In this document: one piece after another, positions 27,611 to 40,623 of the stretch
Layout of the letters: each line of letters begins with the position of its first letter
Numbering within the stretch: position 1 is the first letter of the stretch
DNA from: Monocercomonoides exilis PA203
Taxonomy: Eukaryota; Protista; Preaxostyla
Direction of reading: 5' to 3'
Assembly: GCA_001643675.2 (NCBI GenBank)
Contig: LSRY02000021.1
Coordinates: 744,001-808,000, forward strand
Length of the DNA stretch: 64,000 bases
Notes under the pieces: model-generated
Told to the model about the DNA's origin: nothing
Seen by the model: only the letters and a program-made list of their open reading frames with translations
Databases searched by the model: none
Made by a program: the position numbers and the translations under genes

Positions 27611-28089
27611 TTGTGGAGGAGCTAAACAAATCAAATATAAAAGACACCTCATTAATTCACCACTTCAACTTTATTTATATTATAAATAAATGATACTAAA
27701 AAAAATAATATGTTGAATATTGATTTCTCTTGATAAATGCTTAATAGAATATGAAATGCTCAAATCTGTTTTTTTATCTTCAGATGAAAATTTATAAATA
27801 CAATTCCAATGTTTGTTGCATCTTCAGCGCCTCATTTTCAACGAAACATCAACTGAAATATCATTGAAATGTTTTGGCAAAAATAATTGGATTCATAAAA
27901 TCTTATTAGCATCAAACATGAACTGATTTTTAACATGCGAACTACTTTTAGAGAAAATGATATTTATGAACACAAAAAATGATGCGGCTTGTTCAACAGA
28001 ACTCGTTTCGTTTTAATGCATCAATCTTGATATTTCATTCAAATGCACATAGCATTCAAGTCAGTCCTTAGGTAATACAAATGAAATCC

Positions 28090-28798
28090 TCAGGTTTGAT
28101 CTGGTGCTTTTTGATGGGTCATCTGAACAAATTTTGAAAAAAATGAAATTGTGATCCAATTCAAAATTAAGTTCAAAAGTTGATAGGATTTATTTAATAC
28201 CTGATAATAGCATGTCATGTACCCAGCTTCGTACCACTTATAAAGAAGCTTGGCTAATTCAGGATCTGGTGTGGGAAGAGAAATTGATGTTGATGAAGGG
28301 GAAAACGAAGATTGAGGAATCTGAAGGTTTTGTTGTTCGTTCTTATCTGTTCCACCTTGACTGCATTGGCTTTTTTCTGTGGGAATTTCGTCTTTGCAAC
28401 TTGAAGATTCAGTAGTTGATGAAGTTCCTTCATCCATTTCGAAAGATGTAATTTGTTTTTCTGGTTCGTTTTCCAAATTAAGTTTTTTTTCTGGCTGTTC
28501 GACTCTAAGTATTGAATCAATGTTGTTTTCAATTTCTTTTTGAAATAAAGGATTTTTGAGGTCATCGTCTTTATTCTGCAAGTATGTTTCAAAAAATGTC
28601 TTTTGTTTCTGCTCGTTTGCAGGAAATTCCATCAGGTACAATTCTTCTTCTACTTCATGCCAATTTTTATCAGACGTTTCTGAATTCTTTTGCGAATTTA
28701 TCTTTCGAAGATAAAAAAAATTTTTTTAAGATTTTTCAAATAATGATTCAAATGATGCAAAATTAATCTTTCATTACCATTGGATTATCTGAAATCAT
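28090..28798 (-). CDS. SMN: Survival motor neuron (SMN)-like protein without obvious Tudor domain, 3 exons
   Basis: C-terminal LAKLLYKWYEAGYMTCYYQ resembles the SMN YG-box (LxSWYxxGYxTGYY); an N-terminal Trp/acidic helix may be the Gemin2-binding site. Confidence 0.7.
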
Positions 28799-29052
28799 TT
28801 TTAAAAATGTTTTTATGATAAGATTATCTTCACATGGACGGCAATCCATTTTTAAGCTTGGTTTTTTTTAATTTTTATAATTATCCCTTTATAATAATTT
28901 GAAGTTGCATCAATATTATTTTTCATATTTCTTGTGACAATTAATTTGTGAAATACATTATGAAAATGATATTCCATGATCAAAAGAATGTAATGGTATG
29001 TTATGATCAAATTTTATTGAAAAATAAATTATAAAAGTGTACAAGCACTGCA

Positions 29053-31112
29053 ATGTCCGTTCAGCCCATAAAACTTGTATGCATTATTGGAAGCACTGGT
29101 ACAGGAAAATCTGCTTTTGCCATTGAATTGGCAAAGCGGATAAACGGAGAGATTATAAATGCTGATGCAATGCAGGTTTTGGCACATCAATTTATATTTG
29201 TGTAAAATTATTATCTGAATATTTTTTGTTCGCAGTGTTATGAAGGTTTACCAATATCAACAAATAAGCCAACTCTTGAAGAAAAGACAACTATCCCTCA
29301 TCATCTATTTTCTTTCGTGCCACATACTTCCGACCATCAAGCATTCACAATTTTAGATTACGTCAAATTAGTTGATGAAGTAATTGCTGATATTCAGAAG
29401 CGTGGAAAGATTCCAATTGTTGTTGGAGGAACACACTATTATATTGAAGCTCTTATCAAACGAGATATATTGGGTGCTGATTCACAAATTACGACTGAAT
29501 TTACAAATGAAGAACAAAAGTTGCATCGCCCTATTCATTATGGTTATTTTACGGTTTATCCATCTTCAACTTGTTTACCTGAAAGAAGGAAACGTCCAAA
29601 ACTTACAGAAACAGGGCTTCCAGTCGCTGAAAGTCTTTTAAAGTTGCAACATAATGAATCCAAACCTGAAAAAAGTGTTGTCAAATCACTTGTTAATTAC
29701 GACACATTGATTTTTTGGATGAATGCAGAATCAGATATTGAAAAACTCAATAACTCTCTAAATAAAAGAGTTGAGAAGATGGCTGAAAAGGGGCTAGAAA
29801 AGGAAGTTTTGGATTTTTATGAATTTGCTAAAAAGGAGTATTATGATAAGAATCCTTCTACGTTGGAACCAGATGCAATTTCTTCGAAATCGTCTGAAAT
29901 AGAAAAGCAAGTCGAGGCCCATCCAGATTTACCGTTAACAAGAGGAATCATGCAATCAATTGGATTTAAAGAATTTCTGCCTTTTTTGCAGCACAAGGAG
30001 ACGTTTGAGCAAGGAAAAGAAAGGTTGAAAGCGGCTACGTGCAAATATGCAAGAAAGCAGATCAACTGGATTACGCATCGACTGACTCCAATTTCATGTG
30101 ATGCTTCTTCTCACACTGAAATTGAATCTCAATCATTGCCTTCTTCTTCTTCTTCTTCTTCTTCTTCAAATTTGCTATCTGAAGAAGAAAATGCGGAGAT
30201 AGCATGTTCTTCTTCGACATCCTCAACAACAAATGATCACCGATTTAAAACTCCATCGTCTGACACCCCTTGGATCCTCTTTTCGTTAAATATTTTCGAA
30301 CCAATTTCTGACTTGCTCGATACAGCCACAGAAGTTACAAAGCATTTTTTCAGCAATACAATGAACGAACTTACAAACGAGCAGAAGGAATGTGCCGTTT
30401 GGAGAGAAAATGCCTCTGAATTTCAGTGCAAGGCGAAATCAAATGCAAGGAAATTCAATTCATCAACAGCGTCTTCCTCTTCGGGTGCTTCTTCTTTAAT
30501 CTCCAACTCTGCTTCTTCAACAATTTTGTCTGTTGACGTGTCACAATCATCTTTAGAAGAATCTCGATTAGAGGAAACGAATAAATCATCAAGTGATAAA
30601 AGTTCTGAAGAGAAAGCAAAAGATGAAACTTGTGGTGAAGAGAGAGAGAAACTAAAACCAGTCATTGGAAAACACGATTCTGTCATTTGTCACATTTGCA
30701 ACAGAACATTTTATGGACCAACAGAATGGGAATCTCATGTAAAAGGGTGTGCTTATAACAAATATGAGAAAGTTTTTTGTTTCGGAGAGAGTTTGTTATG
30801 ATTTGAAATCAGTGGAAGAATTGGCTTTTTTTTTTATTGGTTGTGTTCCTTTGCAATTATATTAATGTATTTGTTCATCTTTCTATTTTCAGGAGGCCTC
30901 ATCAAAAAAAGAAAAGAAATGCAAAGAAAAGAGAAGAAAATGAAGCGCAAAGATTGGCGAAAGCCCATCTTAGACAGGAAAGAAAAGAAAATTCTACAAA
31001 TAAAGTTAATTTTGAAATTGAAGATGAACCAAGTTCATCGGAATCAGGTGTTCAGCCAAGTGCATGTGAATTACCTGAACGCAGAAGTAGATACGACAAT
31101 GAAAAGAAATGA
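29053..31112 (+). CDS. TRIT1: tRNA dimethylallyltransferase (Mod5/TRIT1) with C-terminal C2H2 zinc finger, 3 exons
   Basis: [63 protein letters not shown]...WESHVKG..H. Confidence 0.95.
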
Positions 31113-33339
31113 GAAGAATCATTTGTGGATTCCTATTATTATTACCTGAATTCCATTTATTTTCAAAGATGTAAAAAGGTGCACGCCAAGATACCATGAA
31201 GATCTTAGAACTAACCAATTTTTTTTCAATTTGCCTTTGAATTGAAAAAATGAATTCAATTGAATTTTAAAGTTATTACAGTTATATTTTTTTTTTTTTG
31301 TGATTTTTTTTTATATTGCAGAATACTTTAAATTTTTTTTAAAATAAGAAGTAGTCTGACATTGAATAATTAAGGAATTAATATTTTTGTTTTGTAAATT
31401 TATGTTGGTAAAGCATGGATTCAAAGGGAAAATCATTATTAATTATCGCTGGTTTTGATATGCAAAAATGAAGAATGAAACTTTAACCTTTGAATGAATA
31501 TTAAAAAATATTATCTTTCGTTTTATAACATATTGGTGATTATTATTTATATCATCATTTCTCAATCAAAAATTTTCCTTTGAGAATAATCTTCAAATAT
31601 CAACAAAATCTCGCTGAAAAATGAAAAGGCTAATTTAAACATCATTTTCATTTCTTCAAAAACATTGGTTTATGAAACAGTTGTGATAATTTTAACTTCT
31701 GAATACAAAATTTCTTCCCAATGGCAAACAACCTTAGAAAAGTCAACACCTCCAAAAAAGTTATGAACTCCATAAATAATTTCCCATATCTCAATTTTAG
31801 TTTTTCGAATTAAATATTGTGCCTGAATCTATCATCTGTGACAGTTACTTTATTTGATTCATTTATTTCTTCTACGATGACATTTTTCTAATGTTCCTTA
31901 TTTGTTAATTGTCAAAATAAAAAATTATTATAATAAAAGTTCATTTTCCTTTATCTTATGAAATTTTGGTTAGAGGCCATTCTGTTTTCTCCTTTCTGTC
32001 ATTTAATCGATAAACAATTCATCTCAAAATTTTTGGCATTTGGATTATTATTTTTGAATAAAAATTTTTTCATTCAGTAATTTCAATTTAAAAACAGACC
32101 TTGAATATTTTTAAAATGTGCACAGAAAAGTGACAAAGAAATATCGTGATAATATCGTGATGAACGCATCTCAAACATTGGCTTTTGCACCAATTATTAT
32201 ATGTGTGATTATCTTTGAAATCATATCTTTTTTCGGGGTGTTGATTTTTCTAAGATTGTCAGTATTTTGAAAGAAAAATATATATTAAAAAGAGAGAAAG
32301 CATGATAATTGTTTTTAAAAACAAATGTTTTTTCCGAATCAAAGATAAAAATGCATTCGATCAGTCTTTTTTCTTTACAAATTTTTTTTATTAATATTCT
32401 TGAAAAATACTTGAACCGATATTTTTGAATGAAAAAATACGATTTCAAAAATAATCACCCATATATTTATTATTTGAATTAACTATTTCATGTTTTTAAC
32501 TTAAAACAACTTCAAAAACAACTCTCCGAAATTTTTTTGAAAAACCAAAAATAATTACACATTTAATGAAACACCAATTGATAAATAATGAAAAAAGTGT
32601 TGTTTAAATTTGAATGATAATTGGAGCTATCGATTCAGGATAAAAATTGATAGAAATTCAGGTTTTATTTGAAAATGATTGTTTTGAAAATATGTAATCA
32701 TCTTCTTATCATTTCTTGACAAAAACAAAATAATTAAATAATTGATTTTCTTCTCAATATTTTTGGAGGACAAGAATTTGTTCTATCTCTCCAACTTTTC
32801 ATAGAAATTTTCTGTTCAGCTGCCTATCACAATTAAAAAAAAGAAAAGAAAAGAAAAGAAAAAAAGAAAGAAAAAAAGAATAATATTAAATTACAAAAAA
32901 ACAAAATAAAAAAAAAAAAAAAAAAAAAAAAAAAATAAATAAATAAATAAATAAATTAATACCTGTTATATCGAAAAAAAATACATTTGCTATAATTTTT
33001 TCTAAAACAAACACTGACTATTTTTCAATCAAGTCTTTACATTTCGAAATCATGATGATTTAAAAGCGTGAATAAATTGTTGAAAAAGAAAAATGTGATA
33101 TATTTATCATCAAATAAAAAACAAAATAAAAAACCTTTTTCTTATCAAATGAATGAGTTAACAATATTTGAAGAACATATGAAGCACCAAATAACATCGT
33201 TGTTTGAATAAAATTTTGTAAGTTAAAAAAGAAAAAATGAAGAATAACTTCACATAAAGTCTAATATATCTTTAAGCAAATTATCATAAAAAGAAAGTAA
33301 ATAATAGCATTTTCAAAAACAAAGTTTTCAAAAGCAAGC

Positions 33340-36300
33340 TTAGATGGGCTCTGGTTTGTCAGAATCTGTAGATGAAGGAATGAATCTGACATATGCATCA
33401 TTCAAATCTGATGCAAAGATACTAACATCTGCAATTTCGTATTCAGATTTTGCGAAATACTCCTCAAGTGCGGTTTGTCTGTTCAGCATAACGATCACAG
33501 GCATCATATCTTCCGAGCAATAAACGCTGTGACAAGAGCCAGAATGAGTCAAAGCTGAACACTGTTGAATTTCATCTGGATGAAATGATTATTCCATTTT
33601 TAGAAAAAAGGATTATGCATCAACAGTCATAAAGAGAAACAAAAGCACATTACATTAACATATAAACATAATAATTACTGATAACATACTTCCGCTTGAT
33701 CCATCGACAGAAAGCTGAAACATGGCTGTTCCGCTGCCATGAGCAGTTCTCAATGAAACCAGTACGCGAGATGTAATCCTCGGAAATGCAGATTTTGCTG
33801 ACGTTGCACTTATTTTGATGTGATTGAAAAGTGCTTTTGGGTTAAGTTCCACTGTTGCCTGTTGGCGTTTTCCACCATCAGTGATCAGCCTTCCTGTCAA
33901 AAATAGTGAAACATTGCTATTTGATTCATTTTCATCCAATTCATTTGTATCGGAATTAACTGAAGCATCATTCCCAACGATCCCTTTCATTTTTTCACTG
34001 AATTTGACTTTTGCTCCAATTGGCTTCCCTCTGCCAATTGTGACAGTTGCATCAGCCATTGGCAAACTTCCCACTGACAACTTCGACTTCACTGAATGCT
34101 CAGCGGAATCTGAATTGACAGTCAACTTCTTTGCTCTGAGTTCATTTGTGATTTGAACTTTTCCTTCAGGCGACGCTGGCTCAATCAAAAGAGCCGAAGC
34201 TGATCTTTCTCCGTCAGCCAACTTTTGAGATATTCCAGAAAGAGTGAATCTGTTGGGATCAGAAGCCTGTCCAAACGAAAATTGGTTTGCCACAATTGCA
34301 GAAGATACATCACTCGATTCAGGAATAGTTATATCACCTTTGACATTCACGGTCTGAATAGTTGCTATTCCCTTTGCTGAATCATCAGCTTTTATGTGAG
34401 CACCTCCGCTCTGCTGTTGAATATGTTGCTCATCTTTTGATTCATTTGGAAACTCCTTGCTAACAACAAGTTCATTTGTCTTTAGCTTATTCTCCACTGT
34501 AACTTTATTCGCTTCAACTTGATCAACAGAAATTTGTCCGCAGCCTTTCAAGTCTCCTCCATTCAGATCAAGATCAACTCCATCCATTTCAAGCACTTCT
34601 GTTTCTGCACCGTGACTTGTCAAATGCAAAATTGGCTTCTCAGATGCTGGCGTGGTACTTTTTCCGACAATAATTGAAGATTCTGAACCAGAAAGAGTAA
34701 CTCCTCCAATGCTCATCTCTTGTTCAGGCGCCAACGTGTTCGTCACAAGCACTTCATCCTTTTCCAAACTCTGGATTCTCCCAACAGTCGCTGTGTTTCC
34801 ACTCTTTTCCACTGAATAAAGCAGTGCTGCTTTTGATGGATCAGAAAAGTCACTCAATTTAGAAGTCAAAGACCGATGAGAAGATTTTGGAACGTAAGGC
34901 AGCAACGGGAGATGCCCAACAGGATTCCAGTATTTTTTCCATTCATTGTTTGAGTGACGTTTGACTGATTGAGAGCGAGGCTGAAAAGACGAAGGAAGAG
35001 ATACCCCAAAAAATGCTCGTGTGCTTCGCTTTGGAGTTATTGTGACATATGCTGTTCGTTTGGCTCCATCTGCCAGATTTATAATAAAAAATTTGTTTGA
35101 AAGAAATTTTAAAAAGTTCAATGTTAAAAATGCAAATTCTTTCTTTTGCTAATTCAAAGAACGCAAACCTTGCTGCCCTTCAGTAACTACCGGTTTTGAG
35201 CTCACATGCAGTGTGCTTTTAATGTGAACCGTGCGTGAAAACGTTGGGAAAATGCCTCCGCAAATGATGATGCAGCAGATAACAAAGCAAAACAACAGAG
35301 AAACACAGAAAAAAATGGCAACAATTATGAGAATTATTCTTTCAGTCGACGTGAATTGAGAAAGAAGCGAGGAAACGTAGTTTGACAATGCAGAAGAAAA
35401 AGAATTGATAGTGGTTTTATGAAAAGAAGGTGAAGAAGGAAAGGGAGTGGAGAAAGATGCAGAAGCTGAAGCAGATTCGAATGCTGTCATATTATTTGAA
35501 GATAACGTAGATGAGTAACATGAACTTTCATGGGCATAATTTGCCATTTCTATCAGATCACATTTCTGGATTTCATCTTTTTGCACAAAAAATGCAGCTC
35601 CATTATTTTTTGAGGCAAGTTCTCGAAGTAATTCTCCATTATCTTTTCCACAGCCATTATCTACCTGAAGTTCATTTCCCGTTTCCGAAAGCATATCAAT
35701 ATCATTATTTTGCTTTTCATAAAGTGTTGTTTCATTTTCGTTTCTCAGTTGATTTTCTTGATTTGTCTCAATGCAACATATATTTAAGTTTGGATCATTA
35801 AGTTTTAAGGAAGAAAAGTCAAAAAAGGATTGAGCATCGTGAGTGTCGCGAAAACAACTTTCTAAAAATATTGATGAGTTAACAAATGGTAATTCATCTT
35901 GAGGCATCCACGTTGATTTTTCAGTAATTGCAAGGATCTTGCATCTTCTGTGCTTATCAATATTCTTTACACAGAGATGTTTCACAGCTTCGCGCAGAGC
36001 TGGTAAAAATGATGATTCAGTTGAAGGCAATGAAGTGCATGAAAGAGAAGAAATGCTTTTAAGTAAATGATCCTTTTGTAATGGCAGCATAAATGATAGA
36101 GGAACACGAATTTCAACAGTTGAAGAAAAAATAATTAATGCGCAACGATCATTTTCAGTAAAACTGTTGACAAAATTTGATAGCTTCTCATTCAATGAAA
36201 GTTGAACAGTTCTCGATTTCAACTGATAAAATGGATAAATAATTTTCGTATAAAGATAATCAAAGAACAAAAGAAAAATACCAAATTAACATCCAAAACT

Positions 36301-36449
36301 ATAACATAGTCAACGGAGCTGGAATCTTGAGTATTTGATTTGATAATCTTTTTGATGAATCAATAAGTTTTGAAAAACAGGATAAACTGAAACAAAACAA
36401 AAATGAGACAAACATTATTGCTAAACAAATGGCTGAACATAAACGCCAT
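33340..36449 (-). CDS. vWA-like domain + single TM + beta-rich fibre-like C-terminal region, ~5 exons
   Basis: Spliced DYVIVLD...DRCALIIFSS...LRELASKNNGAAF (vWA-like). TM IILIIVAIFFCVSLLFCFVICCIIIC. Phase-compatible introns join ORFs 35149-36270, 33655-35121 and 33340-33552. Confidence 0.65.
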
Positions 36450-36703
36450 TTTTCAAAAAATTATTCAAAAAATGCTCGAGCTTTTTATGGCAATCGCAAG
36501 TTCACGAACCTTCGCACAACATTCTTTCGCAAGACTATCAAGGAATAAAAATATGGAATATTTGCAAATTATTTGCAGTGGATAAACATGCTTAATGAAT
36601 TCGAATACTTGATTTATTCATGCTTAAATTGTTGTTCTCAGAATACCCATATCAAAAAATTGTTAAATATAAAATAACTTTTTTTCTTTAAAGACAATTT
36701 TAA

Positions 36704-39522
36704 ATGCGAACAGCAGTTCATAGGTGGAGAAGAAATGAAGACCCAGATGGGCTATATAATGAAAAGAATTTATATTATGTGAATGATTCATATTCTCAAC
36801 CTTTTTATGCTTTTCCTCCACCATCGTACCGACCCAGACGTCAGAGGCCTCGACAGCAGGCAAAATCAATAGGGATGCGTTTAATGGTTTGATGCAATAT
36901 GTTTTTTTAAAAATAGAATATTTGTATCTTCAACTTTTTTTTGAAAGGAAAAACAAGGATTTAAAGGTGGATCCATTGGAAAGCGTCGGAACACAACAAG
37001 CTCCTATACTCTTGAAACGCAAGCTTCTCATCCATTTTCTTTGTTGTCGGCTGCATCTGTTTCCAGTTCATTTTTCCAAAACAATTCAAGAAACGAACGT
37101 GCACCTGCAGATCCACTTGCAGCTCTCCAGGGAGCGCATTACGCTGGTGACACAACAGGTCTTGGATTCGTTGAGCAAAAACCACAGCGAACTGCAGAAA
37201 CAATTGAACTCGAAACGACAGTTGACATATCCAGAGCCATTCGATTAGAAGATTTACGCTTCAAGCTCCAAAAGGAGGGGGATGACTATCCAACAAGTTT
37301 TGCAAAATCTTGGGTCATTACAGATGAAGTGTGCCTTTTTTAACAAAAAAATTAAAAAAACATTATATATGCAAATTTATAAAATTTGAAACATTATTCA
37401 TTAACTGATAAAGAATCGTCCAGTTGTGAATGCAGAGACATATGGAGATCCACAGTTGGTGAAAAGATTATTTGATCTCAAGAGTGCGTTTGATGATGTC
37501 CCTCCGCCAGATTTCATCACAGCGAGAAATAGTGCTAACCCTTATGAGCGGATTGGGCGTGCAATATTTCAAAACAGAGCAGCCATGAAGATGGCTAATA
37601 TGGACTCATTGTTCGACATCATCAACGAGGCACGGCGCAAAATGGCATTTGCCTCGCCAAGCATCTCTCTTTCGACAGAATTGACACAATCACAAAGCTC
37701 TTTTTCCACCCAGCTGCCTCTGCGGTTTGCGGATATTTGTGCAGGCCCAGGGGGTTTCAGTGAATATATCTGCTGGCGGCAGAGAGGTGATGTCTTGGGC
37801 TTCGGCTTTACGCTGATTGGGGAGTGCGATTTTCAGCTGTCGAAGTTCTCACCCGAAGCACCACATCACAATTTCCACCCGATTTACGGTGTTCACAACG
37901 ATGGAGATATCACAAAAGAAGGGAACATTCGCTCATTTGAAGAAGAAGTCATGCGGCAGACAGATGGAGAAGGTGTTGATTTAGTGACAGGCGATGGAGG
38001 ATTCTCCGTTGATGGTGAGTTCAACCAGCAGGAGATGCTGATGCGTCAGCTTGTTCTGTGCCAGTTTCTGACAGCTCTGTCGGTGCTTCGTGATGGCGGC
38101 TGGTTTATGTGCAAAATATTTGATGTGTTCACAGATTTCACTGTGGAGCTGCTTTATTTGTGCTGCGCATGCTGCTTTGAGCAGATGTGGATTGTCAAGC
38201 CACTCACATCGCGACCTGCTAACTCAGAAAGATATGTTCTCTGCTCAGGGTTCAAAAAAAGCAGAGCGCGTGGAAAGAATGAAGGGACGAGAATGAATAA
38301 TGATGGAGAGACATTTGTCAGCATAATTGAGTATTTGCATTACGTAAATAACAGAATGAACGAAGGGGCAAAGACAGCTAACCTAAAAGAAAAAGAGGTT
38401 ATTCACATTTTGCCTGTCCACTCTCCTGACGCCTCACCTGAAGTACTTGCCTCTTCGAACTCCTCTAAGTTTCCCTCTGTTCCCGATTGGTTCAAAAAAT
38501 ACGTGAATCAAACGAATGTGCAGATTGGTATGCTGCAGAAGGAAGCACTGGAGCACATTTTGCACTACATCCGCAACCCTCATCTTGTGTCTGTAGATGC
38601 GAGGCCTATCATTGACACGTGCTACGAACGGTGGAAAATACCAAAGCGGCCTCCGGTCAGGAAAGAAAATGATTGGAGAGGACGAGGCAGAGGCAGAGGA
38701 AGAGGGAGAGGAAGAGGCAATGACAGAGATAGGGACAGAGGAAGATGGAGTGACAGAGACAGGGACAGGGACAGATATAGAGACAGAGATAGAGACAGAG
38801 ATGGATACCACGACTCTTCGTATGGCAGCAGATCGCAAAGTGGATTGAGAGGATATGCCTCAGAGAGAGAGATTGAAAGAGAGCACCAACATCGCAGCAG
38901 TTCTGATTATTCTGGCTATTCTAATTACTCAAGTCATACTGGACATTCTTATCATCAGGGAGACTCAATGCACGACTCACAGAGATTCGGAGGATCCAGT
39001 GAGATGCAGGAGAGGAGAGAGGAGAGAGACGAGAGAGCAAATGAACAAGGAGAAAAATCGAGAGAAGGTCTTGAAAATACGTTCAATTTGAATGAATCGG
39101 ATCAAATGGTCAAAATTAAGCCTTCGATTTATGCACAGGAAAGGCCGAGAAGCGAAGAAGAAATGGAAGAAGAAGAAGAACGGCAAAAAATGGAGAGGAG
39201 AAGGAAAGACGATGATGACGATGATGAAGGTGCAATGATGGATGTTAATGACTGGGATGATGACGAGGCGGATGATGATGCTGAGAAGAATGCAGCTTCA
39301 TCATCATCTTCTTCTTCTTCAAGTCGATCATCACATCACACTTCACATTCATCTTCACTTTTCTCTTCGTCTTCCTCTTCTTCAAAATCATCTGTGCTTG
39401 CCAATCTTCAGGCTCATCCAACACGCATCCAGCAATCTATGCCCACTTCACAAGTGCCTCTGACACTGGCTCAGATTGAAGAAGCGAAAGAGCGAGCAAA
39501 ACGAGCAAGAGGAAGAAGATGA
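36704..39522 (+). CDS. CMTR1: Cap1 2'-O-ribose mRNA methyltransferase with N-terminal G-patch and RG/RD/RS-rich tail, 3 exons
   Basis: Spliced SIGMRLM|EKQGFKGGSIGK (G-patch); ANPYE, FQNRAAMKMAN, FADICAGPGGFSEY, DGG, CKIFD, KPLTSRPANSERY (K-D-K-E tetrad). Confidence 0.93.
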
Positions 39523-40623
39523 GCAAAAATGGATTTAGCACATTTATAACAGTAGAAATAATTTTTGTTCGGATCGAAAAGTTCTGAAAGACAGAATATC
39601 ACAATAATTCTACTATAATAATCGTTTTTAGAATTTATGAACGAGAGAAATATATGGAGGATGTATTAAATGAATGAATGAAACCCAATCAAAGGCAAAA
39701 ATCATAAATCCAAATCTGAAACACAGAAATTTCAGTCTTTTGTGCCTTGACAATGTTTTATTTTTTATTCATTTTTGAACAATCCGCATATTTTTGACTG
39801 CACAATTTTATTTTTGACAATTCACTTTTTCTAAAACTTTAAAAAAAAAAAGAGAGAGAGAAAAGTTATGTCACTCCATTTTTCGTTGTAGCATCTTTTG
39901 AATAAAAATATCAACGCAATTAGTAAATAAAAATTTTAATAAAATGCTATAATAATGTTTAAAAAATAACTGAATGGTTAAAAATTTATGACTAATCAAT
40001 GAAAGAAATAAAACGGTTGATAAAACAATCAAAAGTTATGTTGAATAAAAAAAAGCTAAAAGTTCCAAAATACTTCAAGGAACCCCTGCTTTTCAAATAA
40101 AACGAGAACAAATCTACTTATATCTCTTGAACGAGATATCCAATGATAACATTTAATACTTAAAAATATATAAAAATTTAATAATAATAGTAATAAGTTG
40201 ATGATAACTATGAAAAAAAAAAGAAAGAAAAGAAAGATCAACTTCAAAAAAACATAAATATTTACAAAAGCAAACAAATCAACCACAACGATTAAAAAAA
40301 TCAATAATTGAAAATAAAAGCAAATCACAATTGAGAATTATAATTAGAGATACACCTTGCTTTGAAAATTGGACCAAATGCAAGTTAATACATATATTAA
40401 TATGAATGCATAAACGTATTAATATTTATATGCACAATCTTCGAAGTAAATAACAGCACAAGGCCAGGCAAATCTTTCACTTTGCCTTTGGAGCAACGGC
40501 CTTTCAACTCGCACGTACATCAAAGCAAGCATCTTCGGAGAATTAAATATTCAGTGCAAAAGAAATCATCATACTTATGTTAAATAATCGTTTTTATAAG
40601 ACAACATAAATGGATAAATATGA

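Noticed and set aside
32140-32163. Short direct repeat ATATCGTGAT x2
   Set aside because: Only two copies with no spacers; not CRISPR-like or a recognisable terminal repeat.
24156-39522. Apparent cluster of RNA-metabolism genes (RPS27a, NOP2, SMN, TRIT1, CMTR1)
   Set aside because: Mixed orientations, unrelated genes interspersed and an abundant gene class; no evidence for a functional cluster.
40550-40573. C-box-like ATGATGA and CTGA on the minus strand (snoRNA?)
   Set aside because: The boxes are only ~11 nt apart and there is no terminal D box or stem.
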